From: Cenarchaeum sp.
GTDB lineage: Archaea; Thermoproteota; Nitrososphaeria; Nitrososphaerales; Nitrosopumilaceae
Length of the DNA: 64,000 nucleotides
Reading direction: 5' to 3'
NCBI GenBank assembly: GCA_965242695.1
Contig: CBDESU010000002.1
Location: 1,568,001 to 1,632,000 of the forward strand
Shown: positions 1 through 11,234 of the stretch, in pieces
How positions within the stretch are numbered: the first letter of the stretch is position 1
Layout: the number at the start of each line of letters is the position of its first letter
The notes under the pieces: generated by a model
What the model was told of the DNA's origin: nothing
The model's input: only the letters and a program-made list of their open reading frames with translations
The model's database searches: none
Made by a program: the position numbers and the translations under genes

Positions 1-2
1 TG

Positions 3-1289
3 ACGAAGCAGAGCACCGACCTCCTAGAGAAGATACACGACATGGGCGGCCTGCAACTGGTCATGCCCAAGGCGTTCGCCGAGACCGACTGCGACATGCT
101 GGAGGCCACCGGGCGCAACGTCGTCGAGTTCAGCCTCACGGGAGAGAGCATCGAGATGCCCATCATGGGCGGCAAGACGTACTATGCCATGTCCTTCGGC
201 CAGCAGATTCCGGGCCCGACGCTCAGGGTGACCCAGGGCGACGTGGTCAAGATGTCGCTTACCATACCCGAGGACGAGGCCACGGCGCACGGCAACGACA
301 TGCACGCCTCGCAGATGTCGTCTGCCAACTTTGACGCAGTGTATCCTGGCGAGACCGACACGTACTGCTTTATCGCAGAGTCTGCCGGCCTCTTCAAGTA
401 CCACTGCTCGGGCGTCGACCTGGTCGGAATGGACCAGCACGTCCTGTCCGGCATGCACGGCATCGCCATCGTAGACCCGGCCAACGGCTACAAGACGCTC
501 CCCGTCGAGAAGACGAGCGGCAGCGGCGTAGTCGACCGCCAGTACTACTCGCCCGACGCGCTAGAGTTCGTACTCCAGTACTCGCAGCTCTACCTCACGG
601 ACGAGGGATACTACGACGGGGCGGCGATGATCCACCACGAGCAGGACCAGAGCACCGTCAACGGGCAGGCGTTCAGCTACGTGCCCAACGGCGTCCACAA
701 CCTGCTCGTAGCCGGCGACATGGACACGAACATCTTCGTGGCGCAGCCGTGGAACGGGCTCGACCTAGAGCAGTTCCAGTCGCAGCTCCTCTACGTGGAG
801 ACGGGCCAGCACGTCCGCCTGTTCATCGCGAACCAGGCAAACGAGCCGGTCTTCTTCCACATCGTAGGAGAGATACTCGACAGGGTTGTCCAGGGCAACA
901 GGGTCCAGTCGGCAGCCACGGAGACGTGGATGCTCGGCGGCTCGCAGAACATGATCGTAGACGTCGTGTTCGACGAGCCCGGCACGTACGCGGCCGTCAA
1001 CCACGACTATGCGGCGCTGTACACCGGCGCGGTGACGGTCTTCGTGGCCGGCGATCCGTTCGGCCTCAACGAGAGGCTGATCGACGCCGAGGTCATCGCG
1101 GATGCAGTCCCGTCGTACGCGTACGTTCTCGGCAACCCGAGCGATGCGGTGCCCCCGATGGGCGCCAACAGCATCGCGCACCCCGCCGTCAACGTGCACG
1201 GAATGTACACCGACGACGTGGTCGAGCAGAAGATAGCCGAAGGCGCGATCCCGCTCTGGGAAGTAGTACCGACGCTGCCGCCGATCTAG
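3..1289 (+). CDS. nirK: Copper-containing nitrite reductase (AOA-type NirK), 5'-truncated by window edge
   Basis: Frame is open from the window start. Cupredoxin copper-ligand motifs HGNDMH, YHCSG...HVLSGM, FHIVGE and VNHDY; MGGLQLVMPxAFA segment typical of thaumarchaeal NirK. Confidence 0.9.
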   Translation, partial: TKQSTDLLEKIHDMGGLQLVMPKAFAETDCDMLEATGRNVVEFSLTGESIEMPIMGGKTYYAMSFGQQIPGPTLRVTQGDVVKMSLTIPEDEATAHGNDMHASQMSSANFDAVYPGETDTYCFIAESAGLFKYHCSGVDLVGMDQHVLSGMHGIAIVDPANGYKTLPVEKTSGSGVVDRQYYSPDALEFVLQYSQLYLTDEGYYDGAAMIHHEQDQSTVNGQAFSYVPNGVHNLLVAGDMDTNIFVAQPWNGLDLEQFQSQLLYVETGQHVRLFIANQANEPVFFHIVGEILDRVVQGNRVQSAATETWMLGGSQNMIVDVVFDEPGTYAAVNHDYAALYTGAVTVFVAGDPFGLNERLIDAEVIADAVPSYAYVLGNPSDAVPPMGANSIAHPAVNVHGMYTDDVVEQKIAEGAIPLWEVVPTLPPI

Positions 1290-1299
1290 ACGAACGCTG

Positions 1300-1313
1300 T
1301 TTTTTCCTTTTTT
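1300..1313 (+). terminator. Oligo-T archaeal terminator after nirK
   Basis: TTTTTTCCTTTTTT about 10 nt after the stop codon, in a very GC-rich background. Confidence 0.6.
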
Positions 1314-1349
1314 CTACAAAATATATGGAGCCTGCGCGCCGCGCCGCCC

Positions 1350-2321
1350 GTGGACGCCGCCGAACCGCCGCCAGCCGCCGCAGAGCAGGGCGCGAAGGGC
1401 AGGGAGGCGCTCGTGTGCGACGAGGTCGACGCGTCGCTCGCGCGCATACTAGAGTCCAACGGCATGGCGGTCGCGTACGAGCCGTCGATCACGGCCGGGC
1501 GCCTGCTAGAGGTCGCCGGCAGGTTCGATGCGATCGTGGTGCGCAGCCGGACAAAGGTGACGGCCGACGTGGTCTCGCGCGCCGAGCGGTGCAGGGTGAT
1601 CGCGCGCGTCGGAGTCGGACTAGACAACATCGACGTCGGCGCGGCCGAGGCGCGCGGCATCAGGGTCGTCAACGCGGCAGAGGCGGCCACGACGGCCGTC
1701 GCCGAGCTCGTCCTTGCCCTCATGCTGTCGATGGCCAGGCAGGTGCCGCGCGCCGACGCCGGCATGCGCGGCGGGGAATGGCTAAAGTCCGCGATACGGG
1801 GAACCGAGCTGCGCGGCAAGTACCTCGGGATAGTGGGGCTGGGCAACATCGGAAGGCGCCTCGGCCGCCTGGCGCGGGCCCTGAACATGAACATTATAGG
1901 CCACGACGTGGTCCCGATCGACGCCGAGTTTGCAAGGGACGTCGGGCTGATGAAGGCCGACCTCGACACGCTGCTGCGCAGCTCGGACTATGTGTCGCTG
2001 CACGTGCCGCTGCTCGACTCTACGCGGCACATGATCGGCGCCGAAAAGCTGGCCCTCATGAAGCCGACGGCGAGGCTCATCAACACGTCGCGCGGCGGCA
2101 TAGTCGACGAGGACGCCCTGTACGATGCGCTCGAGTCGGGCCGGCTCGCCGGCGCGGCCCTAGACGTGTTCGAGTCCGAGCCGGCCGCCGGCCACCGCCT
2201 CTCGAGGCTCGACAGTACCGTCCTCACGCCGCACGTCGGCGCGATGACGGCCGAGGCGCAGGCGCTCGCGGCCAACGTGGCGGCCGAAAAGATCATCCAG
2301 GTGCTGCGCGGCGTCATCTAG
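1350..2321 (+). CDS. serA: D-3-phosphoglycerate dehydrogenase / D-2-hydroxyacid dehydrogenase
   Basis: GVGLDNID, GLGNIG Rossmann motif, INTSRGG, LDVFESEP, LTPHVGA; AT-rich TATA element at 1318-1326. Confidence 0.88.
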   Translation: MDAAEPPPAAAEQGAKGREALVCDEVDASLARILESNGMAVAYEPSITAGRLLEVAGRFDAIVVRSRTKVTADVVSRAERCRVIARVGVGLDNIDVGAAEARGIRVVNAAEAATTAVAELVLALMLSMARQVPRADAGMRGGEWLKSAIRGTELRGKYLGIVGLGNIGRRLGRLARALNMNIIGHDVVPIDAEFARDVGLMKADLDTLLRSSDYVSLHVPLLDSTRHMIGAEKLALMKPTARLINTSRGGIVDEDALYDALESGRLAGAALDVFESEPAAGHRLSRLDSTVLTPHVGAMTAEAQALAANVAAEKIIQVLRGVI

Positions 2322-2797
2322 GCGGGGCGGGGCCGCCGCCTGCCCTTCCGCCTCCACTCCTACCAGCGCATCCGATGCCGCGCCGGCAGGCGGCCGACCG
2401 CGGGCCGCGCAGGGCGGAACCCGGGGCGCCCCATGCCGCGCCCGCGATCTCAGGCGTTCCGGCGCCGCGGACACGGCATCGCCGCACCGCATGCCGCGCC
2501 GGCGCGCCATTGCTCCGGTCTTCCTGCGGCCGCGAGAGGGCGCCGGCTGCAAGGGTGCAGCTCCAGCAGGGCCTCTGTGCGGTCGCGCCCTCCTGCGGCT
2601 GCGAGAGGGCGCCGGCTGCAGGGGCACTGGCGGCATGCGGCGCGATCGTCCCTCTTCTGGCGGCGCTATGGATGGGGGCCGCCTATGGGAGTGTATGGGG
2701 GATGGCGGGGACGTGGCCCTGCGCCTGTGGGATGATCCGCCCCCCCCCCCAATCACTATTCTTTTATAGGTGGCATTGGGGCGGCGGGCGGGCAACA

Positions 2798-5700
2798 ATG
2801 GCGCAAAGCACATTCCCTGCATGCGGCACGGGCCGGCCGCGTAGGAACTCCCGCGCGGCAGAGCTGGGGGGGGGGGCGGCACGAAGCGCCGACCCCGCAG
2901 CGGCCGGCGTCCTGTCGCCGTGCCAGTCCTTGCCTTGGTAGCGGCCGCGCTTGCCCTGGCCGCAACCGTAGGCGCGCCGCCCGCGGCTCATGCCCATACC
3001 ACTGCTGCCACGGGCGAGGTGACCGCGTGTAGCGAGACCACTGGAACTTCAACCATCTCGTCGATCGACTTCACCTCGGACGACGGTACGTACGGGATCG
3101 GCGACACCATAGGCATTAGAGTCACAACGACTGAAAATACCGCCGGCGATGACAGCCATAAACATGTAATGGGGCACACCCTCGTCAAGCTCGAGACGGG
3201 AAATACGGATCGGTTTGCCGAATACAGCAGGCATACGGGAGGTACTAGCAACATAATCGACTACACGTACACCGTGCAGGCAGGCGACGTGTCCAGCGAC
3301 CTCGACTACCACTCGAGGACGGCGCTGTTCTGGACGATCCGTCATGGTGGACTTGACTGGCAGCCTACAGACGTTCACGACACGATATTCAACTGCCAGC
3401 TGCCAGCGACCGGAGGAGCCGGCTCGCTGGCCCATGGGAATGCCATCGTAGTCGACGGGATCGCGCCAGAGGCGCAGAGCGTCACCTCTTCCACGGCCGA
3501 CGGCACGTACGGCAAGGGGGAAACGATCACGGTGCAGGTGTCGTTCAACGATGCCGTCACCGTCGACACCACGGGCGGCACGCCGACCATACAGTTAGAG
3601 ACGGGAGCGACCGACAGGAACGCGACGTACAACGCGGCGGCGAGCACCACCACCGTGCTGGCGTTTTTGTACACGGTGCAGCCTGGCGATACCGCGTCCG
3701 ACCTAGACTACAAGAACACCCTGGCCCTGTCCACCAACGGCGGAACCATACAGGACGCGGCCGGTAACAACGCCACCCTGACGCTGAAAGAGCCGGGAAT
3801 ATCCGGCTCACTCGGCCACTCAAAGGCCATCATTATCGACACCCCTCCAGCCGTCTCGTCTGTAACGTCCCAGACGGCCAACGGATCGTACAAGGCCCAA
3901 TCGACGATCGTCGTGCAGGTGGAGTTTGACGAGCCCGTCACCGTCGACACCGCGGGCGGCACGCCGACCATACAGCTCGAGACGGGTGCGACCGACCGAG
4001 ACGTGGCGTACGACGCGTCCGCCAGCACCTCGACCGTGCTGGCGTTTTCGTACACGGTGCAGCAGGGCGATGCCGCGTCCGACCTGGACTACACGGGCAC
4101 GACGGCCCTGTCCCTCAACGGCGGGACGATCCAGAACGCGCAGGGCGACGACGCCGACCTGGCACTGAAAGAGCCGGGAGATCCTGGCTCGCTCGGCGCC
4201 TCGAAGGACATCATTATCGACACCGCCGACCCGACCGTCTCGTCGGTCACGTCCTCGTCGGCCGACGACTCGTACAAGGCCCAATCGACGATCGTCGTGC
4301 AGGTGGAGTTTGACGAGCCCGTCACCGTCGACACCGCGGGCGGCACGCCGACCATACAGCTCGAGACGGGTGCGACCGACCGAGACGTGGCGTACGACGC
4401 GTCCGCCAGCACCTCGACCGTGCTGGCGTTTTCGTACACGGTGCAGCAGGGCGATGCCGCGTCCGACCTAGACTACACGGGCACGACGGCCCTGTCCCTC
4501 AACGGCGGGACCATACGGGACGCGGCCGGCAACGATGCCGACTTGGAGCTGGAGGACCCCGGAACGTCTGGCTCGCTCGGCCACTCAAAGGCCATCGTAG
4601 TCGACACCGCCGCCCCGACGGTCTCGTCTGTCACATCCTCGTCGGCCGACGACTCGTACAAGGCCCAATCGACGATCGTCGTGCAGGTGGAGTTTGACGA
4701 GGCCGTCACCGTCGTCACCACGGGCGGCACGCCGACCATACAGCTCGAGACGGGCGCGACCGACCGAGATGTGGCGTACGACGCGTCCGCCAGCACCTCC
4801 ACCGTACTGGCGTTTTCGTACACGGTGCAGCCTGGCGATGCCGCGTCCGACCTGGACTACACGGGCACGACGGCCCTGTCCCTCAACGGCGGGACGATAC
4901 GGGACGCGGCCGGCAACGATGCCGACTTGGAGCTGGAGGACCCCGGAACGTCTGGCTCGCTCGGCCACTCAAAGGCCATCGTAGTCGACACCGCCGACCC
5001 GACCGTCTCGTCGGTCACGTCCTCGTCGGCCGCTGCTTCATACCTGGAAGGATCAACGATCGTCGTGCAGGTGGAGTTTGACGAGGCCGTCACCGTCGTC
5101 ACCACGGGCGGCACGCCGACCATACAGCTCGAGACGGGCGCGACCGACCGGAACGCGACGTACAGCGCCGCGGACAGCACCTCGACCGTACTGGCGTTTT
5201 CGTACACGGTGCAGCCTGGCGATGCCGCGTCCGACCTGGACTACACGGGCACGACGGCCCTGTCCCTCAACGGCGGGACGATACGGGACGCGGCCGGCAA
5301 CGATGCCGACCTAGAGTTGGATCCGCCGGGCACGGACGGCCTGCTCGACTCGGGGACGATCCTCGTCGATGCAGTGCAGCCGACCGTCGACTCTGCCTCG
5401 TCGACGACCCAGCCCGGCACGTACCCCATCGGCTCGTCCATAGTCGTCACGGTCACGTTCAGCGAGGATGTGGCCGTCGTCACCGCGGGCGGCACGCCGT
5501 CGATCGCGCTGAACACGGGCGCGGCCGGACGGTATGCGGTGTACGACGCGGGGGCCAGCACTGCCAGGACGCTGGCGTTTGCGTACACGGTGACCGAGGG
5601 CGACGACACGGCAGACCTAGACTACAACAGCACGGCCGCTATTCTGCGCAACGGCGGGACCATACGGGACGCGGCCGGCAACGACGCCGACCTAGAGTTG

Positions 5701-8700
5701 GATCCGCCGGGCACGGACGGCCTGCTCGACTCTGGGACGATCCGCCTAGAGGCGGTCCGCCCTGCGGTCGACTCTGCCTCGTCGACGACCGAGCCGGGCA
5801 CGTACCCCATCGGCTCGCCCATAGTCGTCACGGTCACCTTCAGCGAGGATGTAACCGTCGTCACCGCGGGCGGCACGCCGTCGATCGCGCTGAACACGGG
5901 CGCGGCCGGACGGTATGCGGTGTACGACGCGGGGGCCAGCACTGCCAGGACGCTGGCGTTTGCGTACACGGTGACCGAGGGCGACGACACGGCAGACCTG
6001 GACTACAGCGCGGCGGCCGTCATTGTGCGCAACGGCGGGACCATCCGGGACGCGGCCGGCAACGATGCCGACCTAGAGTTGGATCCGCCGGGCACGGACG
6101 GCCTGCTCGACTCTGGGACGATCCACCTAGAGGCGGTCCGCCCGGCAGTAGAGTACGTCTACTCGGAAAAGGACAACGATCTGTACCCCGTCGACACCGT
6201 GATCGACGTGCGGGTAAAGCTTGGCGAGGAAGTCATCGTCGACAACTCTAGCGGCACGCCATCCATACGGCTAGAGACGGGCACGACCGACCGGAACGCT
6301 ACATTTGCCGGAGGCAACAACTCGGACACGCTGGTGTTTACGTACACGGTGCGGCAGGGCGACGAGACGGACGACCTGAACTATACGGGCACGACGGCCC
6401 TGTCCACCAACGGCGGGACCATACGGGACGCGGCCGGCAACGACGCCGACCTAGAACTACCCGAATGGGGCGCCGGGGACACGCTCGGAGAGCGCAAGGA
6501 CATCGCAATCGACACCGCGGCGCCCGTGGTACTATCCGCCGAGGCAGAGTTTTTGGACCGCATACGCGTCACCTTTGACGATTCCGTGGCGTCCGGCTCA
6601 CTGAACGCCTCGGCCGGCTGGTCCATATCGGGGCCCAGCGTGGCCAACCTTTCAATAGCAGCCCTTGAGCCCGTCCCTGCGTCGGCGCCGCGGGACAATA
6701 TCGTCTTTATGCTCAACGACACCCTGCCCAACACGGCCCCCGATCTCGAGCTGTCCTACGACGCCGGCGCCGGCGGCATCCGGGACGAGGCCGGCAACCT
6801 CCTGCAGGACACGACGGGCATAGTCGTGGCCGACCGCATACGGCCGAACATTCTCGAGCCACTGATCACGGGGAATCGCGAGATTACGATCGACTATACA
6901 GAGCCGGTCGCCGCATCGCCGGGAGCCTACTCGGGGCTCGAGATCGGAGGGGATGCCCGCCAGCTGGACCCCCACGACACGGCCCCCCTTAGCCGGCACG
7001 TGATCACCTTTGACGGCGAGCCGGCCCCCGTCCCGGAGCCGCCGAGCAGCATGACCGTGAACGGCACGGCGGTAGTCGACGGGGCTGACCCGCCAAACCC
7101 ACTCGGCGACGATATCTTGACCGTGGACATACTGGACGGGAGGGTCTTGGACGTATTCTCGTCTAGGATCACGGGGCCCGACACGGCCGTCATTGCGTAC
7201 ACTAGGAGCGCAGAGGCCCCGCTCGAGGCGTACTCTTCGCTCGTGGTCGGCGGGCAGAACAGGACGATAACGGGGCTGGACGGGGGAGACGCCGGCGCCG
7301 GCAGCCACTTCCACACGCTCACGTTCTTGCCGGGCGGCGCGCCGCCGAACGCGACCGGCAGCGTGGCGATCGACGGCACGGCCGTCGTCTCGCCGGGACT
7401 GGACATGCGGCTCGGCAACGGCACGGTCCAGCACACGCTTGCCGACGGCCAGTCGCCGTCGGTGCTCGGCGCCACGGCCGTATCGCTCGACACGATACGG
7501 GTCTTGTTCAGCGAGCCCGTACTGGCACCGGGCGCGGGAGCCGGAGGATGGTCGGTGTCGGGCCGCGATGCCGAGGGACTTGCCGTCGCCTCGAGCCAGG
7601 ATGCCGCAGAGCCGGCGGACTCGCTCGACCTCACGCTGGGAGGCGATCTGCCCGACACGGCGCCCGACGCGATAACCCTCTCGTACCGCCCGGCCGACGG
7701 CGGCAGCGTCGAGGATGCGGCCGGAAACGACCTTGTCGCCTCGTCGACGAGCGTTGCGGACGGGATCGTTCCAGAGGTTCGATCTGCCGCCGTTTCGGGG
7801 CCCAACGAGGCCGAGGTTCGGTACACGGAACCCGTATGGGCCGCGCCCGGAGCGTACGCGTCCGTGACGCTGTCATCGGGCGACGAGCCGCGCGCGGTCG
7901 TCTGGGAAGGAAACGGGACGGGCACCCACACGGTCTCGTTCGGCGGCAATCCTGCGGGGCCGGACGCGACCGGCTCGCTGGGAGTGGATGCGGCGGCGGT
8001 GCGCGATGCGGCGGGGCACGCGCTCGCAGCGGGAGGCGCGATCGCGCTTGCCGACGGCCAGTCGCCGTCGGTGCTAGGGGCCACGGCCGTGTCGCTCGAC
8101 ACGATACGGGTCTTGTTCAGCGAGCCCGTGGCGGCCCCAGGCACGGGAGCAGGAGGATGGTCGGTGTCGGGCCGCGACGCGGCCGGCCTTGCCGTCGCCT
8201 CGAGCCAGGACGCCGCAGAGCCGGCGGACTCGCTCGACCTCACACTGGGAGGCGATCTGCCCGATGCGGCGCCCGACGGGGTGGTGATCTCGTACGATCC
8301 GGCAGACGGCAACGTCGCCGATCCAGCCGGCAACGAGCCTGCCGCCTCGTCGGCGGACGTTGCCGACGGGATTGCCCCAGAGGTGCGGTCCGCATTTGTC
8401 GCGGGGCCGAACGCGGCCGAGGTCAGGTACACGGAGCCCGTGTGGGCCGCGCCCGGCGCGTACGCGTCCGTCACGCTGTCTTCGGGAGGCGGCCTGCGTG
8501 TGGTCTCTAGCCTGGCGGGCAACGGGACCGCCGTGCATACGGTGGCATTCGGCGGCGAGCCGGCGGGGCCGGGGGAGACGGGCGTGCTCGAGATGGATGC
8601 GACGGCGGTACGCGATGCGGCCCGGCTTCCGCTTGGGACGGACGCCGCGCTCCAACTCGATCTGGCCGGCGCGGCGCCGCAGCCGGGCAACGCCACGGCC

Positions 8701-10068
8701 AGGGCCGTGTTTACCGCTAGCAACGTCGCGACCATAACGTACTCGGCGGCGCTCGGGCCGCCGGCGGGGCACGACGGCCCAGTGTACACCGCGGTGGCGA
8801 TCAACGGGGAGGGCGCCGCCTCCGCCGCCAGCACGCGCCCCGTGTCGGGCGTGGAGGGGCTGGGCACGGCGGTCCACGCCGTCGCGTTCGGCGGGGACGG
8901 CGTGGGCCGCAACCAGACGGGGACGATCACGCTTGCGGTCGACCTGGTGGGGGCGAGCGGCGCCGCCGGCATCGACCCGCCGCGGTTTGCGGCAGACGAG
9001 ATACCCGTCGCATCCGGCCTGACCGTGCAGACCGTCCTGGTCGCGCAGACGCGGCCGCCGCCGGTCAGCATCGAGCCGGACGGCTTTACCCGGGCAATCG
9101 ACGGCACCGCGGCCGGCGCGGCGGCGCGCTTGGCGATTAACGTGACGGCGCTGGCCGGCACATCCGGCGCGCCGGGCACGGCCACGTTCCCCGAAGAGGC
9201 CGTCACGCTGACGGCCTCGTTCGGCGCGGTGACGTTCCCGCCGGGCGCCACGGCAATGTCCGTCCCCGCCGCTGGCGCGCTCTACCTGTACGTGGACGAC
9301 GGCGGGACTTCCGACGAGGCTGCCACCGCCGCCCTGGCACATCCAAACTCTGGCGGAATGGTGCTGCGAACGATCGTCGAGGCCGGCGGCAACGGCGACG
9401 GCCGCATCACATTCGACATGCCCGTCCGCATATCCCTTGACGGCCAGGCCGGCGGCCGCGCGTTCTACATTGAGGGCGGGGCGGACGGCGCGATTGTGCC
9501 GATCGACCTGGCATGCGCAGCAGACGACACGGAGAGGGTTCACCGGCAGCTCGGCGGCTCGGGCGAGTGCCGGATCGAGTCGGGAGGCGACATGGTCATA
9601 CACACGTACCACCTGACGCGGTTCGGCACCGCCGCATCCGAACGCGGCACGCCGCCGCCAGTCGACCATACGTGCTCGATGCGCCTCGGCTCGGAGCGCC
9701 TGGATGCGCAGGCCCGCCCCGGCGACTATTCCAATGCGGCCGAGCAGGCCGTGACAAATTCGGGATCACTGTCGTTCTCAAGCGTCGAGCTCGGGGCGAC
9801 ACCGTGGTCCGTCACTCCACTCCCAGGCGCACCCGTCCAGAACGCCACGTCGTCGCTGCCAGCCAACAGCACCTTGATGAGCGCGGTCGGATCGGATGCG
9901 GGATTCGCCCCGCTGCCGGCAGGCGGCGCTTCCGTGGCGCACGGACTTGGCGGCGGCCTAGAAGTACCGCTGTGGTTCATGCTCAACCTGACGGGGCACG
10001 CCCAAGTGGAGGGCGCCGAGCTCGCGCAGCGCGTCGAGTACACGGCCGAGTGCGCCGGCGCCGGGTAG
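2798..10068 (+). CDS. Giant secreted/surface protein with tandem Ig-like repeats (adhesin-like); probable true start ATG 2798 with frameshift in G11 tract (uninterrupted ORF 2920-10068)
   Basis: 2382-aa ORF with hydrophobic signal h-region and about nine 127-128-aa repeats (GGTPTIQLETGATDR...DLDY...LNGGTIRDAAGNDADL), then further ~204-aa repeats. TATA box TTTTATA at 2762-2768. Confidence 0.8.
3460..6520 (+). repeat. Intragenic tandem repeats of 381-384 nt, several near-identical at DNA level
   Basis: For example TCGACGATCGTCGTGCAGGTGGAGTTTGACGAG recurs at about 3901, 4285, 4669 and (one mismatch) 5053; a second variant has a 381-nt period at about 5330-6130. Confidence 0.9.
7438..8660 (+). 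repeat. Two ~612-nt intragenic direct repeats
   Basis: CTTGCCGACGGCCAGTCGCCGTCGGTGCT at about 7438 and 8048; the translated units align. Confidence 0.85.
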
Positions 10069-10252
10069 TCCTACGCTTGCGCGCGCCGCGTCTTGGGCTG
10101 CGGGCGGCCGCGCCGGCGCGATCCGTCCCGTTCTGCAGCGCGGCCTCCGCCTCGCGCGGGTTTGAATGTCGGGCGGGTGGAATTGACCCCTCCGCCCCTG
10201 CCCGCGGCCCCCGATGGCAGGATTTATATGCCCGCCAGAGCGAGGCGCGCCG

Positions 10253-10360
10253 ATGGCCAAGTCGTCCAAGATACCGCGGGTAAAGCTAGGCGAGTCGCTC
10301 TATGCCGCAGAGCCTCTTCCTGTCAAGGGCAAGCCCATCATACCGATGGAAGATGACTGA
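10253..10360 (+). CDS. Small 35-aa ORF (MAKSSKIPRVKLGESLYAAEPLPVKGKPIIPMEDD)
   Basis: TTTATAT box at 10223-10229, 30 nt before the ATG (leaderless geometry); stop overlaps the next gene's ATG. Confidence 0.45.
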   Translation: MAKSSKIPRVKLGESLYAAEPLPVKGKPIIPMEDD

Positions 10361-10942
10361 CATTACCATATCTATTTTCTGTTTTTCGCGCTTCCCTGCT
10401 TCCTGACACTTCTTTTGATACGCCACACTGCGCCGTACAAGAGGGTGCTGACGCAGACGGAGTTTGTCTTCTACAGCCTGGCATGCAGCGTGCCTAGCTA
10501 CCTGACTGCCGCGTTGCACGTGGGCATGCTCGGCACTGCCGCCGCCTCGTCCCGCACATCGACCCCGGTCCTTGTCGTTCTTGTTCAGGGTGCAGCTGCC
10601 GCGCTGTACGGGGTGGCAGTAGGGCTTGCCGCAAAGGTGACGTGGAGGCGCCTAGTGAACCGGTATACTCCCTGGTACGGATTCATGTTGAATGCTAGGG
10701 GGAGGTACGTGATCGTGCACACGACGTCATCGGGGCGGTACTATGGCCGAGTCAGGCGGGCGTCGGACGACGACGAGCCGCGCAGGGAGATCGTGCTCGG
10801 AAACCCGGTGCGGCTTGGCAAGGGCGGCTCTCGGGTCAACACGGGGACGGAAATTTTGTTCAGCGAGGGCGAAATTGCCAGGGTTGTCGTAGTGCGGTTC
10901 GACGAGGTTCCTGATGCCGAGCCCCCGCCGGACATGCGCTGA
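10353..10942 (+). CDS. Membrane protein, DUF6338-like, with apparent -1 frameshift at T4 run near 10375
   Basis: Adding one T gives MTDITISIFLFFALPCFLTLLLIRH, joining ATG 10353 to ORF 10415-10942. Three hydrophobic segments, then a beta-rich soluble domain (YVIVHTTSSGRYYGRV...EIVL). Confidence 0.5.
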
Positions 10943-11234
10943 TGCGCCATACGCGTGCATTCATTCGAGCCCCCTGATGCCTGTGCGCCCTCGCCACCGC
11001 CATGCGCGCTGCCTTGATCTGGATGGCGTAGGGGGGGGAGTTGAACCCGATGCCAAGGTGGCGCTGTCCGGCGCGGCTTCGTCCGACAGGCTGTCGGGCG
11101 GCGGGCATGGGATCTGGATCCCACTCCCTCCACCAAGCCGCAGGGCGCCCGCCGTCGGCCAGGCTGCGATGCCTGCCGCCCCGATATGGCTTTCTGGGCC
11201 ATGGGTTTTATTGAGGGCCGTCCGGGCCGGGCCG

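Noticed and set aside
2522-2624. Two ~34-nt direct repeats (period 69) as a CRISPR array
   Set aside because: Only two imperfect GC-rich copies, no leader and no cas genes.
749-2941. Long Arg/Pro/Ala-rich alternative-frame ORFs (also 17663-20218, 23185-24975, 6927-9251 and others)
   Set aside because: Shadow ORFs expected at this GC content; they overlap well-supported genes and carry no motifs.
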